Shown here: positions 46,875 to 55,366 of the stretch, piece by piece
How positions within the stretch are numbered: position 1 is the stretch's first letter
Layout of the letters: every line of letters begins with the position of its first letter
IMG/VR virus record: IMGVR_UViG_3300001567_000262
Coordinates: 69,336 to 133,335 of that record
DNA length: 64,000 nucleotides
Direction: 5' to 3' (one strand)
Source of the DNA: a virus
Translations under genes and position numbers: made by a program
Notes under the pieces: model-generated
Databases searched by the model: none
Told to the model about the DNA's origin: nothing
The model's input: the letters and a program-made list of their open reading frames with translations, nothing else

Positions 46875-47352
46875 CCTCGTCGCATTACTGCGGCTCGACA
46901 TAGGGGACACCGCTGGGGAGATGCTCGGAGACGAGTATCTCACCCGGTGCGTGACCCGGGCCGTGTACGCGGTGAACAAGGACTTCGGCAAATCGTTCGC
47001 CGTGAGCGCCGGGGACATCGCGCCCGACCCGTCCGGGGAGGAGCAGGAATACCTTCTTCTGAAGGCGCACATCAACGTCTGCTCGCTCATGCGCTCTATC
47101 ACCGCGAACAACTTCTCGTTCCAGAGTGGCGACAAGCAGGTGGACAAGACCAAGCAGCCGTCGTTCTGGGCGGACCTTCAGGGCGATCTGGAGAAGGATT
47201 ACAAAGAGCGCGCGAAGAGCGCCGCTTCCGGCAACGACGGCGGCGGTGTCGTGGACGACCCGGACAACGGGATCATGGCCGCGCCCGCGGTAACGCGACA
47301 AGCCAGAGAATGCACCAGATGCGACGTCAAAATCTCGGAAGGTAAACGATGA
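46861..47352 (+). CDS. Head-tail adaptor-like protein, possibly a deletion-generated chimera at its 3' end
   Basis: LVALLRLDIGD...SFQSGDKQVDKTKQ...LEKDY pattern of head-tail connectors; abrupt C-terminus. Confidence 0.5.
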   Translation: MLASDLVALLRLDIGDTAGEMLGDEYLTRCVTRAVYAVNKDFGKSFAVSAGDIAPDPSGEEQEYLLLKAHINVCSLMRSITANNFSFQSGDKQVDKTKQPSFWADLQGDLEKDYKERAKSAASGNDGGGVVDDPDNGIMAAPAVTRQARECTRCDVKISEGKR

Positions 47353-47636
47353 GCGTTTTTGAAGATTCGAGATACGAGAAGGTGTTCGTTTACACGAGGC
47401 GGTTCCGTGACTTCGTGCGGAACACGCTCACTTTCCGTGAGATCGACCGCGAGATACCGGATGGGAGCATTCTGCACACCGTGACTGAGACTGACCGGAT
47501 AGACAACATCAGCTATCAGTATTACGGCACGCCGGATTACTGGTGGTACATCCTCGACCGGAACCCCGGCGTGGATGCCCTCGATCTTCCGGTCGGAAAA
47601 CAGTTATGGATACCGCCGCTTCCGCAGGAGATATGA
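47349..47636 (+). CDS. Baseplate LysM/gpX-like protein
   Basis: HTVTETDRIDNISYQYYGTPDYWWYILDRNP..DALDLPVGKQLWIP LysM-like signature. Confidence 0.8.
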   Translation: MSVFEDSRYEKVFVYTRRFRDFVRNTLTFREIDREIPDGSILHTVTETDRIDNISYQYYGTPDYWWYILDRNPGVDALDLPVGKQLWIPPLPQEI

Positions 47637-47637
47637 A

Positions 47638-48471
47638 ATGGCTGTCGTAAACGTCACATCCGCATCCTTCGCGTCGCCGTACTTCGAGATCACGCTCGGC
47701 TCGCACGCGCTCTCGCCGGAGGAGTTGTCGCTTGTCATGGATGTTGAGATCAAGGACGAGATCGAGGAAAAGGATACAGCGACGGTTACGGTTAATGACC
47801 CATTCTTTCAGTTCCAGAAGATCGCTTCGAAAGGAATGTCGGTTCGCATTGTCGCGGGCTATTTCATGGGAAAGACCAAAGAGTTCATCGGAGAGATTTC
47901 CGGACTCACGCCACAGTTCCCGGAATCGGGACTGCCATCTCTTTCCATCGAGTGTTCGGCGAAATCGAAAAAGGGACACGAGGGACAGGTGAACAAAGCG
48001 TGGAAAAAAATGAAACGCTCCGAGATTGCAAAAAAGATCGCCGGGAAACACGGCTGGACGCCGGACGTGGATGAAACAAAGGAAATTGTCGAACAGGAAT
48101 CACAGGCCGGGGAATCCGACGTGGACTTCCTTCGAAAGATGGCGCGGAAGGAAAACTTCACTTTTCGGGTCAAGGGAAACACGATGCAGTTCAAAAAAGC
48201 GCCCGACCTCGATGATCAATCGCCGGTCGCGGTGTTCGATTACCGCATCGGGAACCACACGGTGAAGAGTTTCTCGCCCCGGTACGCAAGCGATGAAACC
48301 GGCAAGGACGTCGAGGGTGCGACGATAAACAACAAATCGAAAGAGACGGTCAAAACGAAAAATAAATCGAGCGTTGCCAAGCCGCAGGGAACCAAGGACA
48401 GCGGCACGGTGAACCGGGGCAAGGCCGAAACGCTCTATCCGTCCGAAAAAGCAAACGCGAGGAAATCCTGA
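47638..48471 (+). CDS. Baseplate hub / phage late control D protein, N-terminal part
   Basis: VEIKDEIEEKDTATVTVND, RIVAGY...FIGEISG, SEIAKKIAGKHG, QAGESDVDFLRKMARKE. Confidence 0.8.
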   Translation: MAVVNVTSASFASPYFEITLGSHALSPEELSLVMDVEIKDEIEEKDTATVTVNDPFFQFQKIASKGMSVRIVAGYFMGKTKEFIGEISGLTPQFPESGLPSLSIECSAKSKKGHEGQVNKAWKKMKRSEIAKKIAGKHGWTPDVDETKEIVEQESQAGESDVDFLRKMARKENFTFRVKGNTMQFKKAPDLDDQSPVAVFDYRIGNHTVKSFSPRYASDETGKDVEGATINNKSKETVKTKNKSSVAKPQGTKDSGTVNRGKAETLYPSEKANARKS

Positions 48472-48472
48472 A

Positions 48473-48964
48473 ATGCTGCCCGTCGAACCACATGGCGTTT
48501 CAAACAAAGACGCTATTCCGAAAGCCCCCAAGGGTGGCGCTATTTCCGGCGTGGGCACGGGCGGCGGCAATAGCGAAGTCGAGACTACGCATTATTTAAA
48601 GGATAACGAGATCGGCGGCGCGCTGCCGGATACGCAGGAAGGACTCGACTCCGCTTCGGGCGCAAAACATTACAAAAATGAAAAAGCAATGGAAGGCTCG
48701 CTCACGCTCGTTCGGGGATTTCCGCAGATCAATGCCGGGGACAAAATAACGATCCTCGGCGTGGGGCCGGTATTTTCCGGCGCGTGGATAGTGAAAACAC
48801 ATACGCTGAAGGTGTCGCAGGACGGATGCCAGAGTACGCTCGAACTCACGCGCAACGCGGTCGGGAATTCAGGCGGCGGGTCTGAAACGAGCGGCGGGTT
48901 CGAGACTGACAAGATGAAGACAAATAACACGCCTCTCAATGGCGATAACTTTTCGGAGATGTGA
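48473..48964 (+). CDS. Baseplate hub (gpD), C-terminal part in the +1 frame
   Basis: GSLTLVRGFPQINAGDKITILGVGPVFSGAWIVKTHTL...TLELTRN matches the gpD C-terminus. Confidence 0.65.
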   Translation: MLPVEPHGVSNKDAIPKAPKGGAISGVGTGGGNSEVETTHYLKDNEIGGALPDTQEGLDSASGAKHYKNEKAMEGSLTLVRGFPQINAGDKITILGVGPVFSGAWIVKTHTLKVSQDGCQSTLELTRNAVGNSGGGSETSGGFETDKMKTNNTPLNGDNFSEM

Positions 48965-48965
48965 C

Positions 48966-49898
48966 ATGCCGTCGTTTGTCGGGAAATATCGCGGGATCGT
49001 CGAGGACAACAAAGACCCGGAACACCGGGGACGCCTGAAGTGCAAGTGCCCTCAGGTATTCGGCGATGAAGTCCTGGACTGGGCGCTCCCGTGCATGCCT
49101 TACGGCGGGGATTCCGGCACGGGCTTCTTTTCCATCCCCAAGAAGGGATCGTCCGTCTGGCTCGAGTTCGAGCAAGGTGACGCGAACCGGCCCATCTGGG
49201 TCGGAATATGGTGGGCAGCGCCGGAGGATAAGACAGAAGCGGCGGACGTGACGCACAAAAAGGAAAAGCAATCGTCGGGTCCGTGGGACGAGGCCGAAAC
49301 CGGCGACGCGAAGCGGGATGTTCCCGACAACCACGCATGGCAAACGAAATCCGGCCACCGCATCGAACTCGACGACACGGACGGCCAGACGAAAATCAAA
49401 ATCACCGACCGCAAGGGCCAGCACATCATGATCCGGTCGGAGGACGGGAAAGAAAAAATCTATCTGAAGGACGCCGCGGACAACAGGTTTCTACTCGACG
49501 CCACATCCGGCAAGCGCCGCATCCTCATGCAGGATGGCGCGGGAAGTGTGGTTCTGCTGGATGCTGAAAAAGGAGATGTCTGCATCGCGTCCGCGAAAGA
49601 CCTGTCCCTTCTCGCCGGAGAGAACCTTTATGTCGGTTGCAAGAACAACCGAGAGGAAACGGTCGGCGGCAACCACAACGTCTCGGTCATGGGAAGCGGC
49701 GATTGGGATGTCGCCGGCGCGTTGAAGTTGGCGAAGTCTTCCGGCGATGTGAACATTGCAAGCGGAAGCAAAGCGGCGGCGCGCACGGATGACCCGCTCG
49801 CGGCCGCGACGGAAACCGCTGGCGGGTCCGCGCCCCATTCGCACGGCCTGTCTTCCGGCAAAGTCGGACAGGGTTCATCGAAAGTAAAAATCGGGTGA
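48966..49898 (+). CDS. Baseplate spike (gpV/gp5/VgrG-like OB-fold + beta-helix) with PAAR-like C-terminal tip
   Basis: GKYRGIVEDNKDPEHRGRLK..P...DWA.PC.PYGG...FFSIPKKGSSVWLEFEQGDANRPIW.G; TKSGHRIELDD. Confidence 0.88.
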   Translation: MPSFVGKYRGIVEDNKDPEHRGRLKCKCPQVFGDEVLDWALPCMPYGGDSGTGFFSIPKKGSSVWLEFEQGDANRPIWVGIWWAAPEDKTEAADVTHKKEKQSSGPWDEAETGDAKRDVPDNHAWQTKSGHRIELDDTDGQTKIKITDRKGQHIMIRSEDGKEKIYLKDAADNRFLLDATSGKRRILMQDGAGSVVLLDAEKGDVCIASAKDLSLLAGENLYVGCKNNREETVGGNHNVSVMGSGDWDVAGALKLAKSSGDVNIASGSKAAARTDDPLAAATETAGGSAPHSHGLSSGKVGQGSSKVKIG

Positions 49899-49902
49899 TC
49901 AC

Positions 49903-50424
49903 ATGAGTTCATGCACCGACAACTTGAAAGATTTCCTCGGCGACGAGTTGAAATCAAAACTCGGCGACGTCCTTAAAGATGCGACCGACAGTTCTCCGCT
50001 TGGACTCGCGCAGAAAGCCCTCGGACAGGCGCAGAAACTCCAGGACACAAAATCCGTCGTGTCTCAGGGCATACAGTCATTCAAGCAACGAGTAGGATTG
50101 CCCGCGGGCCGGATGGACGGACTCGGCGGTCTCAATCTCGGTGAAATAAAACAAAAGGCCGACGCGCTGAAAGCAAAGGCACAGGAAGTGCAAAATAAGA
50201 TCGCGGACTTTCAGTCGCAGTTTCCAGGATGCGCACTCGACCCGGATATCATGCAGACGATCAACACGGTCGCATCCATCGACACGAACCTTGATCCCAT
50301 GAGTATGATCGACACGTCGAAACTGGACGGGGAAATCGCCGAGGCGCAGTCGAAGATCGAGGAAGCGACGGACATGCAGGCGCAGTCGGCGCGGCTTCAG
50401 GATATGTTCGGGGTGTCGTTATGA
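49903..50424 (+). CDS. Hypothetical helical protein in the baseplate module
   Basis: 173-aa ORF coupled to neighbours; no motif recognised. Confidence 0.55.
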   Translation: MSSCTDNLKDFLGDELKSKLGDVLKDATDSSPLGLAQKALGQAQKLQDTKSVVSQGIQSFKQRVGLPAGRMDGLGGLNLGEIKQKADALKAKAQEVQNKIADFQSQFPGCALDPDIMQTINTVASIDTNLDPMSMIDTSKLDGEIAEAQSKIEEATDMQAQSARLQDMFGVSL

Positions 50425-50810
50425 ATCTTGGCTATCGGGGCATTTCGTTTCCGTTCCGTTTCAACGGCCTTGGGTCGGTAGCTTCCAGCACCGTTGAGAC
50501 GGGCAACCCGGCGCACATCCTTGAAAGCATCCGGCAGATCATCGGCACGCGCCGGGGCGAGCGGGTCATGCGACCGGAGTTCGGAGCCGACGCGGACAAT
50601 CTGGTTTTTTCTCCGCAGTCCAATTCCGGCATCCGCATCGCCACGCACAATATCGGCCAGCAGATACTCCGTTGGGAAAAGCGCGTCGATCTTCAGAAGG
50701 TTGAAATTACCCGCCTCGAAGACCTCGAAGCCGAGATCAATCTCGATGTCAGAATCAAAGTCACACGTGAAACCGAAGAAATGAAAATACCGATGAAGAA
50801 GGAAGATTAA
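50421..50810 (+). CDS. Baseplate wedge gp25/gpW-like protein
   Basis: GISFPFRF...ESIRQIIGTRRGERVMRPEFG...LRWEKRV signature. Confidence 0.88.
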   Translation: MNLGYRGISFPFRFNGLGSVASSTVETGNPAHILESIRQIIGTRRGERVMRPEFGADADNLVFSPQSNSGIRIATHNIGQQILRWEKRVDLQKVEITRLEDLEAEINLDVRIKVTRETEEMKIPMKKED

Positions 50811-50812
50811 TC

Positions 50813-52297
50813 ATGCCGGAACTCGATGTCAGCCGTCTCGTCAACTTTTCGAAGCAGATCGACTACACCAGCCTGGACTGGCTTTCCTTCCTGTCCGACA
50901 TGGTGGATAAGATTCCGCAGCTCACGCCGGAATGGACGGATTACACTCCGTCTGATCAAGGCATGGTTGTTCTCGAACTGGTGTCTTTCATCCTCGACGC
51001 TCTTTCTTATCGGTGCGACGTGATCGCAAACGAAGCGTACATCCAGACAGCCGTTCTCCGGAAGTCCGTTCTGAACCTTGCGAAGATGATCGATTACACC
51101 CCGGCGCCTGCGGTATCGGCTGTCACAGATTTAATGTTTACGATAATGCCACAGACGATTGATTTTGTGATTCCTGCGGGAACACAGGTTTCCACCCAGC
51201 CGACCGGCGTCGAGGAAAGTTATGTGTTCGAGACAATGGACGACCTCATGATTCCGGCTGGGCAGACAACCGGTTCGGTCGCCGCAATCGAGGGGGAAAC
51301 CAAGCGAGAAACACTCGGCAGCAGCACGGGACTTCCCGCGCAGTTTTTTGAACTGAGCTTCAAACCTCTCTCCTACGCGCCGGACGGCGCATGCTCGCTT
51401 GAAGTCTATGTCACGGAAAACGGCATCGAGGAACGCTGGACGCTCGTGCCGTCGCTTCTCGACAGCAAGCCGTCTGAAAAACACTGCGAAATCGAGATTG
51501 ACGAGAACGATATTGGGACTGTGAATTTCGGGGACAACCAGAACGGCAGAATCCCCGCTCCGGGAACGAACAACGTCCGCGCTGTTTATCGTGTCGGTGG
51601 CGGCGCTCACGGCAACGTCGGCGCGAACAAGATAAACCGGATGGTGTCGAACATCTCCGAAGTGTCGTCCGTGGCGAACCCGCTCCCGGCTGTCGGCGGT
51701 GTGGATCGAGAGACTGTCGAAGGCATCAAGCGAATGGCTCCAAGGATGCTCCGGACTCTCTGGCGCGCCGTAACCGCAGAGGATTACAAGACGCTTGCGG
51801 AAGTCCTGCAGGGAGTTGCGAAAGCAACGGTTCTGTGCGCCCCGCCCGGACAGGCGGCGTACTGGGGACAGGTGAATCTTTACATCGCACCGGAAGGCGG
51901 CGGTCTTCCAACGGCGGAACTCAAAAACATGGTTGAGGTTTACTTTGCCGACCGGGAAATGTTGAACGCGACAACGGTCGTGTTCGATCCGGTCTACGTG
52001 CCGGTGAATGTCTCTCTTGAAGTCGCGGTTAAAGAGAATTACATGCGCCTCGATATCGAGAACCTCGTGCGGAAAGCCATGCAGGACTTCTTCAATTTTC
52101 CGAATGTGGATTTCAGTCAGTGTGTTTTTACGAGCGACCTTATCTCATCAATTGATTCCATCGAGGGTGTGCGGTATATGAATCTGACACTTCTTACCCG
52201 CGATGTAACCGGTGTTGGCAACGTCATCATCGCGGCGAATGAAATACCGCAACTCGGAACACTTACTATTGATTCCTTTGGTGGCATTGAAGAGTAG
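50813..52297 (+). CDS. Baseplate J-like protein
   Basis: DYTSLD...PEWTDYTPSDQGMVVLEL...ANEAYIQTA...GGVDRET...RAVTAEDY signature. Confidence 0.88.
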   Translation: MPELDVSRLVNFSKQIDYTSLDWLSFLSDMVDKIPQLTPEWTDYTPSDQGMVVLELVSFILDALSYRCDVIANEAYIQTAVLRKSVLNLAKMIDYTPAPAVSAVTDLMFTIMPQTIDFVIPAGTQVSTQPTGVEESYVFETMDDLMIPAGQTTGSVAAIEGETKRETLGSSTGLPAQFFELSFKPLSYAPDGACSLEVYVTENGIEERWTLVPSLLDSKPSEKHCEIEIDENDIGTVNFGDNQNGRIPAPGTNNVRAVYRVGGGAHGNVGANKINRMVSNISEVSSVANPLPAVGGVDRETVEGIKRMAPRMLRTLWRAVTAEDYKTLAEVLQGVAKATVLCAPPGQAAYWGQVNLYIAPEGGGLPTAELKNMVEVYFADREMLNATTVVFDPVYVPVNVSLEVAVKENYMRLDIENLVRKAMQDFFNFPNVDFSQCVFTSDLISSIDSIEGVRYMNLTLLTRDVTGVGNVIIAANEIPQLGTLTIDSFGGIEE

Positions 52298-52312
52298 TAA
52301 AAGGACAAACAA

Positions 52313-52425
52313 CAGTCCGGCAGTATTGACGCTTCGAGCCCGGTAACCAGCCCGGTCGCATCGAACCCAAGCCCGGTGATTGAACGGAACTTTTCGGTTT
52401 CGTTGAATTGCCGGGCTTTTTATTT
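52313..52425 (+). promoter_or_regulatory. Structured repeated cis-element copy 2, ending in a terminator-like hairpin
   Basis: Same conserved blocks as 41534-41635, with a different internal hairpin. Confidence 0.7.
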
Positions 52426-52452
52426 GCCCAAAAACGACGGAGGTGACACTCA

Positions 52453-52602
52453 ATGGACGACATCGGATGGGGACTCGACCCGTGGGGATTCGATTCCTGG
52501 GGATCGAATGAAGATGAATCCGGCGGCGGAACGGACACGGCTGGCTACGAGCCGATGGACGGCGTGGTTCTGAGCCCAGGCATTTTTGTATTCGAACAAT
52601 AG
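52453..52602 (+). CDS. Small acidic protein with GWGLDPWGFDSWG motif
   Basis: 49 aa with GGAGGTG SD; not in the supplied ORF track. Confidence 0.55.
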   Translation: MDDIGWGLDPWGFDSWGSNEDESGGGTDTAGYEPMDGVVLSPGIFVFEQ

Positions 52603-52636
52603 CAACTGAAAACAACTTCAAAGGAGGCAAGCATTC

Positions 52637-55357
52637 ATGGCATTCTCATTCACAGATCTTCTGCATCTGGCCATGCCCGCGAGGGGCGACAAGAACTGGG
52701 ACGCGGACGTGAACCGCGCTCTTCGCACCATCGACAAGGCGCTCGAAGACCTCGGTGCGAGGCCGCGATTTTACGACAAACGCACAGTGGCTTCCGGCAC
52801 GGCAACTGTGAACGGCAGGCAGGTCACGCTTTCCGGCATCGAGGCTGTTGTCGGCCAGACAAACACCATTCTTGAAGGAGGGACGGTAACTGTTCCCACA
52901 AACGGGACAATCAGACCGCGCGTGGACACTCTTTCCATCAATCCCGAACAACCCGCCATTCTCGTTCTCACGCAGGGCGACCCCGCGGGCGATATTGAAG
53001 GCCCGCTTCGCGTCACGAAGATGTATGACCGGAACAACGCTGGGCTTGATGAACTTCTTAACCCGACCGGAAAGACCGGGACGCTTTTCGTAATCCCGAC
53101 GCTTCTGTCTCATTACGACCCCGCAGTCGAAACGCTCATCGCTCCGGCTTATGAAATACCGCTTCAGATGTTCATGCAGGGACCGCCGGACAGCGTCATC
53201 CCGAAAATACTGCGCTTTGATCCTGCGACGGATTCGTTCACGGACACCGGCGTCGACCTTCATTTTACATCGACATTCCGCTCGAACGTCGGCGAACTCA
53301 TCGCAGTGATTCCGCTCGGGTGCATAGCGCCGAATGCGGATGGAACCGGCGACAGCTACTTCTTCGCGTGCATCGTGTCGAACGACGACATTCCCGGCAA
53401 CGTCATCATCGCGGAGTTCGACGCGGAGTCCGGGGCAATCGTGGACACTTTCTGGTTCTCGAATGAGGACAACAACGTCTTCTTCTCCATCCCCGGATTC
53501 TGGAAGTTCACGGGTGTGGAATCCGGCGCTCGGACGTTCCTCGCGTCCATCCTGCCCCTCACGATGCAACTCAAATTCGCAAAGCCGGTCATGGCCAGCG
53601 TCCGCATTCCCAATCCGCCCTCGGCAGTAAAAATGGTCGGCCAGCCGCTCACGTTCGGCTCCGTCACTATCCACGCGATGGAAATTGTTACGGATTCCGT
53701 CAGGTCTCTATCGCCCAAGGGCGACCTCGTCGCGCTGCCGGGCAGCGGCATGGACGGCTCCGGCGTTCTCATCTGCGGCGCAAGCAGCTCGGAGGAAGGT
53801 GCGGTCGGCTCCATCTTCAATCAGAAATTCAACGACAATGTCACGCGCCCCTACAACTCGCTTCAGGGTGATATGAGTTCGAGCGACGACGGCAACGGGT
53901 TTGACCCGCTCCCGATCATTCTCGAACTCGCCGGAAATGCCGCCGCATGGAATCTGAACGCCGCGCCCGTTTTGCCATCCTTTGTTTCCGCCGTGTCTGT
54001 CATGAACGGCGATCAGATCGCAATGGCGAGTCGCATCAGCAACAACCGCACCGAATGGCGCAATCCAACCAATACCCAGATCGAAGTCGTTCTTAACGAC
54101 GGACACACGATGCCGCCCATCGGCAAGGAGATATTCCTCGCAATCGAGGGGGAGCAGAACAACGAGAAGTACGACACGATGTGGTCGGTCGTTGTGCAGT
54201 CGCTCCCCGGCGACGGAAAGATCGGCGTCATCCTCACCAACGCTCACATCTTTCGTGGAGGCTCGATCAGCGATTACTACCGCCTTAGCGGATTTCAGTA
54301 CAACGGCAATATGAAAATCCGCGCCGGTTACCGGATCATGGACGGAAACAACTACACCGAGCGCGTCCTGCATCTGGACGGAGTTGCCGACGCGGATGTC
54401 GGCAAACCGGTGAAGATCACATACGACCACGACGGGCTCGAACTCTCCTGCGTTTCCTTCATCTGCGGGGACGGCGAAGTCCGCGAATGCTACGCGGGTT
54501 CGGACAATCTGCGCGATCACAACAGCAACGAGTTCCCGGACTGGCTTGGTACCGTTTACCGCGAGACGTGCAAGGGCGACATCCACATTGGCTGGAACGT
54601 CCTCAATTCCAACAACTCCAAGTCCATGCCGCTCGCGCAGGAGTTCACGCCGGTCATCAAGTCCCGCTCCGAGAACTATGTCGCGTTCCAGAAAAACAAC
54701 GTCACCGGCGCTCCCGGCTCCTCCAACACCGTGACTTATGACAAAAACGGCGTCACGGCGAGCTGGCAGGACACGAATGACGGCAACGACGTCTTCCTCT
54801 GCGACGACACCACGCTCGTCTCCGGCAGCGGACTTCCGGTTCAGGGCGGCGGCGGGACGGATTATAACGCGCTCGACGCGGACGGCTTCAAGTGCGCGGT
54901 CGGGACAGACGTGCCGCTTCTCACAGCCGACGTCATCGATCCCGATTACGTCACAGTTGAGTTGCTTCCCTATCAGGAGCCTCTCTTCTCCGGGAGACGA
55001 TATGACTTCCCGTCCTCGATAGCCGCCGCGCTCGGCTCGGCATTCCTCAAGGGGAAATACTACGCTCCCGGCATCGCGCTCTCCGGTATTCCGTACTCGG
55101 CAATCTTCGAATTCACGCCTTATGACGAGCCCGTCGCGCAGGATGCGCCGTCCGGCCACATCAAGGTCGGCGAAGTGCTCGTGCCGCCGGACGCGGACGG
55201 TGCGCCGCTCACAGTCCTTACGCAGCCGGATTATTCGATGGCGACGGTATCCCGCGCCGATCAGTTCCGGTCCATGCTCGCGGCGTTCAGCGTCATGAAC
55301 GACCTTCACAATCTCCTGCCAGCGTTTCTCGCCATCGCGCCGTTTCTGAAAAAGTAA
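52637..55357 (+). CDS. Putative tail fibre / receptor-binding protein
   Basis: 906 aa, beta-rich; N-terminal L.MPARGD.NWD...N..L..ID anchor motif typical of tail fibres. Confidence 0.6.
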   Translation: MAFSFTDLLHLAMPARGDKNWDADVNRALRTIDKALEDLGARPRFYDKRTVASGTATVNGRQVTLSGIEAVVGQTNTILEGGTVTVPTNGTIRPRVDTLSINPEQPAILVLTQGDPAGDIEGPLRVTKMYDRNNAGLDELLNPTGKTGTLFVIPTLLSHYDPAVETLIAPAYEIPLQMFMQGPPDSVIPKILRFDPATDSFTDTGVDLHFTSTFRSNVGELIAVIPLGCIAPNADGTGDSYFFACIVSNDDIPGNVIIAEFDAESGAIVDTFWFSNEDNNVFFSIPGFWKFTGVESGARTFLASILPLTMQLKFAKPVMASVRIPNPPSAVKMVGQPLTFGSVTIHAMEIVTDSVRSLSPKGDLVALPGSGMDGSGVLICGASSSEEGAVGSIFNQKFNDNVTRPYNSLQGDMSSSDDGNGFDPLPIILELAGNAAAWNLNAAPVLPSFVSAVSVMNGDQIAMASRISNNRTEWRNPTNTQIEVVLNDGHTMPPIGKEIFLAIEGEQNNEKYDTMWSVVVQSLPGDGKIGVILTNAHIFRGGSISDYYRLSGFQYNGNMKIRAGYRIMDGNNYTERVLHLDGVADADVGKPVKITYDHDGLELSCVSFICGDGEVRECYAGSDNLRDHNSNEFPDWLGTVYRETCKGDIHIGWNVLNSNNSKSMPLAQEFTPVIKSRSENYVAFQKNNVTGAPGSSNTVTYDKNGVTASWQDTNDGNDVFLCDDTTLVSGSGLPVQGGGGTDYNALDADGFKCAVGTDVPLLTADVIDPDYVTVELLPYQEPLFSGRRYDFPSSIAAALGSAFLKGKYYAPGIALSGIPYSAIFEFTPYDEPVAQDAPSGHIKVGEVLVPPDADGAPLTVLTQPDYSMATVSRADQFRSMLAAFSVMNDLHNLLPAFLAIAPFLKK

Positions 55358-55366
55358 GGAGCATCC

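Noticed and set aside
47349-52297. Extracellular contractile injection system (eCIS), T6SS or tailocin interpretation of the baseplate cluster
   Set aside because: No sheath, tube or AAA+ ATPase genes, and the cluster is contiguous with terminase, portal and capsid genes; a truncated prophage explains it better.
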